In this document: positions 9,363-19,176 of the stretch, in pieces
Layout of the letters: each line of letters opens with the position of its first letter
Position numbering within the stretch: the stretch's first letter is position 1
Source: Candidatus Enterousia sp.
GTDB taxonomy: Bacteria; Pseudomonadota; Alphaproteobacteria; Rs-D84
Reading direction: 5' to 3'
Length of the DNA stretch: 56,098 nt
NCBI GenBank assembly: GCA_045593685.1
Contig: JAZNXD010000009.1
Coordinates: 1-56,098, forward strand
Notes under the pieces: model-generated
Databases searched by the model: none
The model's input: the letters and a program-made list of their open reading frames with translations, nothing else
Told to the model about the DNA's origin: nothing
Program-made: the position numbers and the translations under genes

Positions 9363-11122
9363 ACGTGTACCCCAAATCCAATTTTCTTGGACATGCCCGC
9401 GCTTTTACGGGATGCCAATAACTCGTCAATCTTTTGTGGTGTGAACTCTGTTTTAATATCTTCACAGTCATTTTCCAACAGTGACCGACGCAGCACCGCG
9501 GTGATTTCGCGTTGTGCCTGGCGCACGCCTTGTTCGGACGTGTATTTTTGAATAATATGCTTTAACGCATCATCCGACATGACGATGTTGTCCATCATCC
9601 ATCCTGTGTCACGCGCCGCACGTTCAATCAGGTGTTCGCGTGCAATTTTGATTTTGTCGTCCATTGAATATCCCGGTATTTCAATAATTTCCATACGGTC
9701 TTTTAATGCGTTTGACATATTCAGACTGTTGGCGGTCGCGATAAACATCACCTTGGACAGGTCAAAGTCCACCTCTAAATAATGGTCGCGAAATGTTTTG
9801 TTCTGTTCCGGGTCCAGGATTTCCAACAGGGCGGATTCCGGATCACCGCGCCAATCGCGTCCCATTTTATCAATTTCATCCAATACGATAACCGGGTTGT
9901 TGGTTTTGCATCTTTTTAACGCGTCCATAATACGTCCCGTCTGTGCCCCGATATAGGTCTTGCGGTGCCCGCGGAAATGCGCTTCGTCAGATATTCCCCC
10001 CAGGGATATGCGTTGATATTTTCGCCCCAGTGCCTCGGCAATCGATTTGCACAGCGAAGTCTTTCCAACACCCGGCGCGCCAACAAAACACAGAATCGAC
10101 CCCTGGTTCGAGTTGGTCTTTTTCATAACCGCGATATGTTCCAATATGCGTTCTTTGACGTCCATCATGCCGGAATGTTGCGAATCCAAAATCTTGCGCG
10201 CCTGTTTTAAATCGATTGGTGCCACATCCGATTTATCCCACGGCATGGCCAATAATTCGTCCAAATAGGTTTTCAGCAACCCGCCTTCATTTGACATCGG
10301 TGACAGGGACCGCATACGCTTCCACTCGGACATTGCCTTTTCTTTGGCTTCTTTGGGCATTTTTGTGCGCTGAATACGTTTACGAATATTATTCGCGTCC
10401 ATTTCGCCGTCATCGTCACCCATTTCCTTTTGTATGGCGCGCATTTTTTCCTGTAATATCGCTTCGCGTCGTCCGCTTTCCATCTGCTGATGAATACGTT
10501 TATTGATGGATTCATCAATTTTTGCGCTTTCAGATAACAGTTTGACCGCCTCTAACAATATCTGTAATTTTTCCTGCCAACTGGTGGCGGCCAAAACGCG
10601 AACCGCGGTATCATTATCTATGTCGGCGGTTTGAATCACAGAATCGATAAATGCCGGTAACGGATAGTTTGCCACCACATTACGCAGTTTGTCTACCTTG
10701 AACCTGCGCGTTGCCTGGGCCAAAGTTTGCATATTGTCGGCCAATAAATCGCGCATCATCAATGTCTTTTCATCGTTAATATCATCGGCGATTTCGATTG
10801 GTTCCGCATCCCCCGTAAAGATACCGTCGTGAATTTCAATGTTGCTTAATTTTACCGCACTGATTGTGCGAACCAAGATATGAACGGCGCCGTCGGGCAT
10901 GCTAAGGATTTGGATAATTTCCCCGATGGTTCCGACGTTATAAATATCGTCGGCACTGGTTGGGTATGCCCATGTATGCTGGGGAACCAAAATGATTCTG
11001 GAAGATTCGGTTTTTGATGCCGTCCGAACGCATGTCGCAGACATCTGATTTTCAATTAGTGCCGGCACAGTAATCCCGGGCGACACAACGAAATCACGAA
11101 ATGGCAATATATAGTTTTTCAT
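9359..11122 (-). CDS. lon: Lon-like AAA+ ATPase: LON N-domain plus AAA+ module, lacking the C-terminal Ser-Lys protease domain
   Basis: LPFRDFVVSPG N-domain, GAPGVGKTS Walker A, RGHRKTYIGA pore loop, VLDEIDK Walker B, RGDPESALLEILDPEQN, TAN, DRME, GVRQ; ends ...SKKIGFGVHV with no GPSAG. Confidence 0.9.
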   Translation of the reverse strand: MKNYILPFRDFVVSPGITVPALIENQMSATCVRTASKTESSRIILVPQHTWAYPTSADDIYNVGTIGEIIQILSMPDGAVHILVRTISAVKLSNIEIHDGIFTGDAEPIEIADDINDEKTLMMRDLLADNMQTLAQATRRFKVDKLRNVVANYPLPAFIDSVIQTADIDNDTAVRVLAATSWQEKLQILLEAVKLLSESAKIDESINKRIHQQMESGRREAILQEKMRAIQKEMGDDDGEMDANNIRKRIQRTKMPKEAKEKAMSEWKRMRSLSPMSNEGGLLKTYLDELLAMPWDKSDVAPIDLKQARKILDSQHSGMMDVKERILEHIAVMKKTNSNQGSILCFVGAPGVGKTSLCKSIAEALGRKYQRISLGGISDEAHFRGHRKTYIGAQTGRIMDALKRCKTNNPVIVLDEIDKMGRDWRGDPESALLEILDPEQNKTFRDHYLEVDFDLSKVMFIATANSLNMSNALKDRMEIIEIPGYSMDDKIKIAREHLIERAARDTGWMMDNIVMSDDALKHIIQKYTSEQGVRQAQREITAVLRRSLLENDCEDIKTEFTPQKIDELLASRKSAGMSKKIGFGVHV

Positions 11123-11132
11123 AGCGAAATAA

Positions 11133-11160
11133 ATATAATACATTTTGTTGGGATTTCAAG
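11133..11160 (-). promoter_or_regulatory. Putative RpoH (sigma32)-type promoter of the Lon-like gene
   Basis: CTTGAA-N16-TTATAT; shares CTTGAAATC and spacing with the dnaK promoter. Confidence 0.5.
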
Positions 11161-11199
11161 ATATATAAAATCCGTGTTGCTATGCGATATAATATGGAC

Positions 11200-11973
11200 T
11201 TAATCAATCAAATGATACACTGTGCCATTATAATTAAAATTAATGGTACCGGTGGCATTGCCGGGTTCTAACTTGCCATAGCATTTCCCGTCATTGTACC
11301 CAACCACCAACGATGGTTCGGTATATTTTTCCGCATACAGCGCAAAAGACAACCCGGTTGAGGTTTTAAAATTACTTATCCCCAGTTCACATTTTTTATA
11401 TTCTACTGGAATTTCCGTCGCAAACAATGCTGTCAAGAACGGCTCTTCGTCATCTTCATAATAATATGCAGTGTAGTTAAAATTATCCCAACAAGGTTCA
11501 TCTGCATCCGCGCGGTCTTGATAACATGCATAATAATCTTTTTGTGCATACAAATTACCGCAGCCGTCGCGCACGTCTGCGGAGATATGATCCAAATCGC
11601 TTAATCCTACCCAATGTGCGACATATGGTTTCACCATTCTGCAATAAGCATATGCAGGATTATCCACGTTTACCTCGCTGGGTGATACTACAGAAATTTC
11701 CTTGTACAATGTTGCGAATTTAGCCGGAGTGCGTGAAAATGCTGCTTCAACCTCTACTAAGATATTACAATTCAACGATGGAATATAACAATAGCTTTTT
11801 GTGTTATACCCTGTCCAAACGTATGTTGAGCCATCACACGTCGGAATTGATTCGTCTGGAAATTTATAACACCGTTCGACTTCGCCATAACCATCCAACA
11901 CCGGCGCACAGTTTGCATCGGACAACGAAACAATCATACACAGAAAACACAAACAAAACTTTCTCAATCCCAT
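11200..11973 (-). CDS. Cys-rich secreted protein, unknown function
   Basis: Signal-peptide-like N-terminus (MGLRKFCLCFLCMIVSLSDANCA), many Cys/Tyr, distinct beta-rich C-terminal domain. Confidence 0.75.
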   Translation of the reverse strand: MGLRKFCLCFLCMIVSLSDANCAPVLDGYGEVERCYKFPDESIPTCDGSTYVWTGYNTKSYCYIPSLNCNILVEVEAAFSRTPAKFATLYKEISVVSPSEVNVDNPAYAYCRMVKPYVAHWVGLSDLDHISADVRDGCGNLYAQKDYYACYQDRADADEPCWDNFNYTAYYYEDDEEPFLTALFATEIPVEYKKCELGISNFKTSTGLSFALYAEKYTEPSLVVGYNDGKCYGKLEPGNATGTINFNYNGTVYHLID

Positions 11974-11979
11974 CCCCAC

Positions 11980-12236
11980 AAAAAATTAACCGCCACGGAA
12001 ATATGGCGGTCGGGGCGTTCAAAAAATCATACGTAAAAATGACCCCGTCGGCTTTTGGGGTTGCCCCCTGTTGTATGGCCGACGGCACCCCGACCCAGAA
12101 AGTGAAAACAGTCGGGAAGTTTCATAAAAAAAAGACGCATCCGCGTCAATCTTTATGCGGATATCAATGCAATAAAATATTGCATCGCTTACGTATGGGC
12201 TTTTTGACGACCCCGAACCCACATCCCTGCGGATTC
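11980..12236 (-). ncRNA. Structured leader RNA / attenuator (c4/CI-antisense-like), element E1
   Basis: Promoter TTGATT(12271-12266)-N17-TATCAT(12248-12243); 5' GNRA hairpin; long-range helix 12214-12189 with 12036-12012; internal hairpins; final terminator 12010-11980. Confidence 0.6.
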
Positions 12237-12271
12237 AAAAATATGATAAATCATTTGCCACTTGAAATCAA

Positions 12272-12296
12272 GAAAAAAACCGCCGATTGGCGGTTT
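12272..12296 (-). terminator. Intrinsic terminator of the small membrane protein gene
   Basis: AAACCGCC-AATC-GGCGGTTTTTTTC on the minus strand. Confidence 0.7.
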
Positions 12297-12302
12297 GTTA
12301 TA

Positions 12303-12530
12303 TTAACGACGGCGATACCCGTTGCTGTGTTGTGCACTGTTGCTGGAACGTTTTGATAAATAGCGCGCTGCAATCAAAATCAGCCATTCCAAAGACAACA
12401 AACCCATCGCCGCAATTTTATTTTCAAAACCGGCAACCCAACCCAATACATAAACCATCTGGGCAATGAACGAGATATACAATACACCAAATACGCCTGT
12501 AAAGAATACTTTTTTAACTTTTCCAAACAT
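12303..12530 (-). CDS. Small two-TM membrane protein
   Basis: AAGGA RBS before MFGKVKKVFF; two hydrophobic segments and a basic tail. Confidence 0.65.
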   Translation of the reverse strand: MFGKVKKVFFTGVFGVLYISFIAQMVYVLGWVAGFENKIAAMGLLSLEWLILIAARYLSKRSSNSAQHSNGYRRR

Positions 12531-12571
12531 TTCTATGTCCTTACGTTTTTTTTGCATTATAGATAGAATTA

Positions 12572-12912
12572 AATGCCGGGATTTCTGGTGCCATGTACCC
12601 GGCGAACACCGCAATCGCTAAAACGAACAGGGTTAACAATCGCCAACCGTGTTCAACGCCATATTAGGCAGCCATTGCAAGGCGAACATTGTCGTTCGCA
12701 GCGATTCTATCGCCATTCAGTTTTTAGTTGGCTTTTAACGACACCACGTCGGATTCAACCAATTTGTCTTTCATCGCCTGTCGAATCTATGTCAGCCCCA
12801 TAATCAAATGCGACCATACATCACATCAAATCATGGTGGAGCTGTGGGGTACCGCCCCCCAGTCCAAAACGACTATTTCACAACGGATTCAGAATCATCA
12901 CTGCAACGCAGC
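12572..12912 (-). ncRNA. ssrA: Two-piece (circularly permuted) tmRNA
   Basis: Acceptor piece ...GGACTGGGGGGCGGTACCCCACAGCTCCACCA ends at 12834; 34-nt intervening segment; coding piece starts GGGGCTGACATAGATTCGAC at 12799; tag frame ...ANDNVRLAMAA* (stop 12666-12664); promoter TTGCAA-N17-TATAAT (12947-12919). Confidence 0.93.
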
Positions 12913-12962
12913 CCACGAATTATAGCCTTTTATACTGGAAATTGCAAGTTTTTAGATTATAA

Positions 12963-14481
<1,519 letters not shown>

Positions 14482-14556
14482 TTTTTTGCAATTTGGCATA
14501 ACGTCTGTTAAAATCCACGTTGGAAACACAAACAAAAAGTAAAAGGAGAAGCACCT

Positions 14557-15180
14557 ATGGTATCATTAAAGGGTACACAAACCGAAAAGAATCTGTTAAT
14601 TGCATTTGCCGGCGAATCCCAGGCCCGCAATCGTTACACAATGTTTGCGTCTGCCGCCAAAAAAGAAGGTTATCAGGCGATTTCTAAAATCTTTCTTGAA
14701 ACCGCAGACCAGGAAAAAGAACACGCATCCCGTCTGTTCAAATTCTTGGAAGGGGGCGATTTGGAAATAACTGCATCTTTCCCTGCGGGCAAGATTGGAA
14801 CAACCCTGGAAAATTTACAGGCTGCGGCCTATGGCGAACACGAAGAAAATACCGAAATGTATCCTAAGTTTGCACAAATCGCCGCCCAGGAAGGTTTTCC
14901 TGCAATCGCGGAAATTTTGAAAAATATTGGTTTGGCGGAACGTTATCATGAATCGCGTTTCCGTGCCTTGGCCGAAGCGGTCGAAGACGGAACAATCTTT
15001 AAACAGGATAAAATCGTTATGTGGCGTTGCACAAATTGTGGCATGTGGCACATCGGCACCGAAGCGCCCAAGGTCTGCCCGGCATGTCTGCACGAACAGG
15101 GTTATTTTATCAGCGAAGGTACAATTTCCCGTTGTGACACGAACGAAGGTTTCTGTGAATACACAATTATCGAAGACTAA
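14557..15180 (+). CDS. rbr: Rubrerythrin
   Basis: LKGTQTEKNLLIAFAGESQARNRY, EKEHA, ERYHE, C-terminal CTNC...CPAC rubredoxin-like site; AAGGAG RBS. Confidence 0.95.
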   Translation: MVSLKGTQTEKNLLIAFAGESQARNRYTMFASAAKKEGYQAISKIFLETADQEKEHASRLFKFLEGGDLEITASFPAGKIGTTLENLQAAAYGEHEENTEMYPKFAQIAAQEGFPAIAEILKNIGLAERYHESRFRALAEAVEDGTIFKQDKIVMWRCTNCGMWHIGTEAPKVCPACLHEQGYFISEGTISRCDTNEGFCEYTIIED

Positions 15181-15182
15181 TC

Positions 15183-15208
15183 AAAAATCCCCCAATCGGG
15201 GGATTTTT
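15183..15208. terminator. Bidirectional intrinsic terminator
   Basis: AAAAATCCCCC-AATC-GGGGGATTTTT. Confidence 0.8.
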
Positions 15209-15425
15209 ATTTGCGTCGTTTACACAAAATCATTGCCATACCATTGGTGGTAATTTTTTCCAACACCCTGTCCGGTATTAATAATTTCCCACATTCTATG
15301 CGCAGTATCTGACGTCGTGTTAAACCAAACATGCGTGCGCAATCGTCGCTTTTTACCCCCAGTTCACGACGTGCCTTGCGGAAATATTGCCCAAAGTATT
15401 TTGTATCAACCAATATTACACTCAT
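15207..15425 (-). CDS. Small XRE/Cro-family HTH protein
   Basis: FGQYFRKARRELG...DCARMFGLTRRQILRIECGK; GGAGG RBS. Confidence 0.8.
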   Translation of the reverse strand: MSVILVDTKYFGQYFRKARRELGVKSDDCARMFGLTRRQILRIECGKLLIPDRVLEKITTNGMAMILCKRRK

Positions 15426-15447
15426 TTTGTCCTCCGATTTTTGTTAA

Positions 15448-15590
15448 ACAAAAAAACCGCACACAAGGCGGTTGGAGGTTCAAAGCTATTAAGAGTAATA
15501 GTGTGCTTATTCGATATATTCGCAACCCTCCAACCAATATTGGAGATATCTCTTACGAGGCTTTGAAACCCCACACCGGTTTCCCAATGC
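15448..15590 (-). ncRNA. Structured leader RNA / attenuator, element E2
   Basis: Promoter TTGCGT(15625-15620)-N17-TATAAT(15602-15597); GCATTGG-GAAA-CCGGTGT hairpin; GGGGTTTCAAAGC pairs with GCTTTGAACCTCC; terminator AACCGC...GCGGTTTTTTT before the RBS. Confidence 0.6.
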
Positions 15591-15722
15591 ATGACCATTA
15601 TACGCAAAACAAACCCAAAACGCAATTAATAAGATAAATAAAAATTTCTTCTTACCTTATTTGTCATCCCCGCGACGACAGGGGCCATAAACCATGCGCA
15701 ATGCGCACCAAATAAAGCATTT

Positions 15723-17027
15723 TTATTTTGCATTTATTATATCGCCGGCCTTGATGTATTCTGGGGCGGTTTTTTTCAGTTTTTTTTGCGCACGTTTTGC
15801 ATAATCACGCGCTTGGGAATCTTGATTAATCAAAGAATAATATTCCGCCATTGCCCAATCGCTGCGCCCGGCGTCGCTGTCCCCATATGCACGCGCCAAC
15901 GTCCAATAGGTCAGGGGTGCGGCCTCGGCCAGTAATGCGCGTTTTGCCACCTCGATTGCGCGCGCCCGATCGCCGGGTTTATTTCGTTCGCCCAAAACCA
16001 ATGCCAACGCTGTTTGAATTTGCGGTGCGTTTCCGGCAAAACTTAATGACTTTTCATACGCATCCACGCTGTCGTCATAGTGTCCCATTTGGTATTCTAT
16101 GTCCCCCAACAATTCCCACAGATATGGGTTTGTGCCATCCCGTGAAATCAGTGTTTGTACACCCATCTGCGCCCCATCCAAATTACCCCCACGCATATTC
16201 GCGATTGCACGTGCATACAGTGCCGGTTCTGATTTATCGGCATATGGATATTTGTTGCGCACTTGATTTGGTGTGTCCAAATATCCAATTAATTTTGCCC
16301 GCACCATTTCATATTCTTGTACCTGGTTTTTATTTGTTTTTGCCGTGGTGGTGTTTTTCGCATTTTTTTGAATATATTCGCGTGCATTATTCAGTCTTTC
16401 CGTGGTCAGCGGGTGATTAATCCGATTTGGATTTATCTTTGATTCCATTGCCCCGGTCAGTTCCTGCATTTGTTCAAACACGGTAATAAATCCGTTCGGG
16501 TTTAATTTCGCACGTATCATCAAATCAATGCCCATATTATCGGCAATGCGTTCTTCATCGCGCGAAAAGGCCAGCATAGATTGCTGTGCCACCCCACTGG
16601 ACCCGGCCAGTACCCCCGCACCCAAACTGGGGTTGCCACCGGCAACCATCAATCCCACCCCCAGTGCCTGAATCAGCATGGTTCGTTTCATTTCGGCGGC
16701 CATACGATCGCGCATTTGCGCCATGTGTCCACCAATCATATGGCCCATTTCGTGTGCAACCACGGCCTGTAATGCATTGGGGGTCTTGATTTGTTTCAGT
16801 AATCCGGTATAGATATACACATCTTCGCCACCTGTTACAAATGCATTAAAGTCATCATCGTCTATGATATGTATTTTTAATCGACCGTCCGGTATTCCCG
16901 CGGCATCCGCCAGGGGTTCTATCAGTTCTGTGACCACCCGTTCAATTTCGGTGTCATTAATTTGCGACGCCGCCATGGCGGGCGCACATACAACGGCAAA
17001 CAATAAAAATACCAGTATTTTACGCAC
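15723..17027 (-). CDS. M48 family metalloprotease with TPR region (BepA/YfgC-like)
   Basis: Signal peptide, FNAF, HEMGH, FSRDEERIAD, HPLTTER; GTG start overlapping the recG stop. Confidence 0.9.
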   Translation of the reverse strand: MRKILVFLLFAVVCAPAMAASQINDTEIERVVTELIEPLADAAGIPDGRLKIHIIDDDDFNAFVTGGEDVYIYTGLLKQIKTPNALQAVVAHEMGHMIGGHMAQMRDRMAAEMKRTMLIQALGVGLMVAGGNPSLGAGVLAGSSGVAQQSMLAFSRDEERIADNMGIDLMIRAKLNPNGFITVFEQMQELTGAMESKINPNRINHPLTTERLNNAREYIQKNAKNTTTAKTNKNQVQEYEMVRAKLIGYLDTPNQVRNKYPYADKSEPALYARAIANMRGGNLDGAQMGVQTLISRDGTNPYLWELLGDIEYQMGHYDDSVDAYEKSLSFAGNAPQIQTALALVLGERNKPGDRARAIEVAKRALLAEAAPLTYWTLARAYGDSDAGRSDWAMAEYYSLINQDSQARDYAKRAQKKLKKTAPEYIKAGDIINAK

Positions 17028-19077
17028 CCAACACCACCCCACGATCAAACATGAACATCAAATCCCGGTTCCATGAATCAATATCATTATCACACGCGGC
17101 GCGCGCGGCCAATTTGAATAAATCCCTGTGTTCGCGCCAATCGACAAAGCAATATCGCATCCATCCGCTTTGCCGTGTCCCCATCAGTTCCCCGACCCCG
17201 CGCATCATCAGGTCCTGTTCCGCGATAACAAAGCCATCATCTGTTTCGCACAAAACGTCCAATCGTTTTAATCCGTCTTCGCTGACATTACGTCCAAACA
17301 CCAGCACGCAAAACGATTGTGTGTTGCCGCGTCCGACACGTCCACGCAGTTGGTGCAGGGCGGCCAATCCAAATCTTTCTGCGTTTTCGATTACGATAAT
17401 CGAAGCGCGTGGTACGTCAATTCCGACCTCGATAACAGTTGTCGCAACCATCAGTTGCATCCCCGAATTATCATCGGCAAATTTTTCCATAATCGCATCA
17501 CGTTCACGTTTATCCATTTTGCCGTGCACCAAACCGGCGCCCGGAAAGTATTCCGATAACATCTTGTGTCGCTCTTCGGCGGCGGTCATCGCGTTTTCAT
17601 TTTCAGATTCTTCGACCAACGGGCACACCCAGAACACTTTGGCGCCGGATTGAATTTGTGGTTTGATGCGTTCGATTAAATCCATTATGCGCCCACATGA
17701 CAGTTTTGTTGTAACGATTGGCTTTCGACCGGCGGGTTTTTCGTTGATGATGGATACATCCATATCCCCATATACCGTCATAGACAACGTTCGTGGAATT
17801 GGTGTTGCGGACAGCGCCAACATATCCGGATTATTTCCCTTGGCGCGCAGTGCTTCGCGTTGTCCCACGCCAAAGCGATGCTGTTCATCCACAATAACCA
17901 ATCCCAAATCACGGTATTCCACATCATTTGAAAACAGGGCATGTGTTCCCACCACGACGCGTGTTCGTCCCGAACGCAGCGATATTAATTTTTCCCGTCG
18001 CGCCACCCCCTTGTCACGCCCCGTCAGTATGTCACACACAACCCCAATCTGGTCGCACATGGGTTTTAATTTTGCAAAGTGTTGTTGGGCCAATGTGTCC
18101 GTCGGCGCCAACAGGGCGGTCTGTCCCCCCGTTTCCGCCATTTTAATTGCCGCCGCCAGGGCGACTATTGTTTTTCCACTGCCCACATCCCCCTGGACCA
18201 ATCGCATCATCGGTACATCGCGTTGCATGTCGGTAAATATTTCGTCGCACGTACGCTTTTGCGCCCCCGTCATTTCAAAGGGAATTGTTTCCCAAAACCT
18301 GTCCATCAGGTTATATTTTTGCGCACGTGGCGTTCGCCGGTTGCGTACATCCATACGATTTTTTCGACTGATTGCGATTGCGGATTGGTGTGCCAATAAT
18401 TCACAGTACGCCAATTTCACCATATATGTTGCATTTGGCGCCAAATCCGCATCAGATTTTGCATTATGTACATGATTTAATGCATCGAAAAATTCCACCA
18501 CGCGTTCATCCGTTTCCCCCCGCAATTTATCGGGCAGGGCGACAAATATTGCATCACGAATATGCGTAAATGTTTTCTGTGTAATTCCTTCGCCTGCGGG
18601 ATAGATAACCTGGGCGGCGGGAATCTTGGATGCGTTTTGCAATTCTTCGATAAAGTCCGGATGATTGATTGTCGCCCGTGTTCCGCGTTCCAGTTTCCCC
18701 GAAATCATCCGCCATGTTCCAATCGGTAATTTTTTCAACCAGTATTCCAGATAATTTGAATTAAAGAACTGTAACACAACGACATTGTTCATTTTATCGT
18801 TGCATATAACCTGGGTTGGTCTGCGCCGTCCGCGCCCAAAGTTTCCACCCCGCTTATAAGATTTTATCATCAGCGGGATTGTAATCGTGTCCCCGGGTTC
18901 GGCATCCATAACGTTATCGGTGACCCCGCGTGCCCGCACGTACGATGGGCGGTGCATTAAAAAGTCCAATACCCGTCTCCCCCCCAGTACTTCTTCCAGC
19001 CGTGCCGCCAACACGGGCCCAACCCCGCGAATAAATTGCAAATCAGAATTTAAAAAATCGACCAAATCTTGCTTCAT
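17020..19077 (-). CDS. recG: ATP-dependent DNA helicase RecG
   Basis: RLVQGDVGSGKT, DEQHRFGV, SATPIPRTL, TTVIEVGIDVP, AERFGLAALHQLRGRVGRG, DGFVIAEQDL. Confidence 0.97.
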   Translation of the reverse strand: MKQDLVDFLNSDLQFIRGVGPVLAARLEEVLGGRRVLDFLMHRPSYVRARGVTDNVMDAEPGDTITIPLMIKSYKRGGNFGRGRRRPTQVICNDKMNNVVVLQFFNSNYLEYWLKKLPIGTWRMISGKLERGTRATINHPDFIEELQNASKIPAAQVIYPAGEGITQKTFTHIRDAIFVALPDKLRGETDERVVEFFDALNHVHNAKSDADLAPNATYMVKLAYCELLAHQSAIAISRKNRMDVRNRRTPRAQKYNLMDRFWETIPFEMTGAQKRTCDEIFTDMQRDVPMMRLVQGDVGSGKTIVALAAAIKMAETGGQTALLAPTDTLAQQHFAKLKPMCDQIGVVCDILTGRDKGVARREKLISLRSGRTRVVVGTHALFSNDVEYRDLGLVIVDEQHRFGVGQREALRAKGNNPDMLALSATPIPRTLSMTVYGDMDVSIINEKPAGRKPIVTTKLSCGRIMDLIERIKPQIQSGAKVFWVCPLVEESENENAMTAAEERHKMLSEYFPGAGLVHGKMDKRERDAIMEKFADDNSGMQLMVATTVIEVGIDVPRASIIVIENAERFGLAALHQLRGRVGRGNTQSFCVLVFGRNVSEDGLKRLDVLCETDDGFVIAEQDLMMRGVGELMGTRQSGWMRYCFVDWREHRDLFKLAARAACDNDIDSWNRDLMFMFDRGVVLGA

Positions 19078-19176
19078 ACAATAAAATTTAATGAATTTTC
19101 CCCCGGTATTCAATAATAAAATACCCTTGATTTACATCTGTGCAATAAACTATACTGACTATAAAGAGAGTTTGCA

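Noticed and set aside
9250-9471. Frameshifted Lon protease domain (lon pseudogene)
   Set aside because: Neither this alternative-frame ORF nor the downstream ORF has Lon protease motifs; the next gene is coupled by ATGA.
11980-12236. RNase P, SRP or 6S RNA identity for E1
   Set aside because: No GAGGAAAGUCC or SRP helix-8 motif; multibranched with internal terminators rather than a 6S rod with a central bubble. Not formally excluded without cmscan.
12531-12925. ORFs 12573..12803 and 12728..12925, and the extended start of 12303..12614
   Set aside because: They overlap the tmRNA gene.
15422-15625. 67-aa ORF upstream of the XRE gene
   Set aside because: Its TTG start coincides with the predicted -35 box and it runs through the structured leader and terminator.
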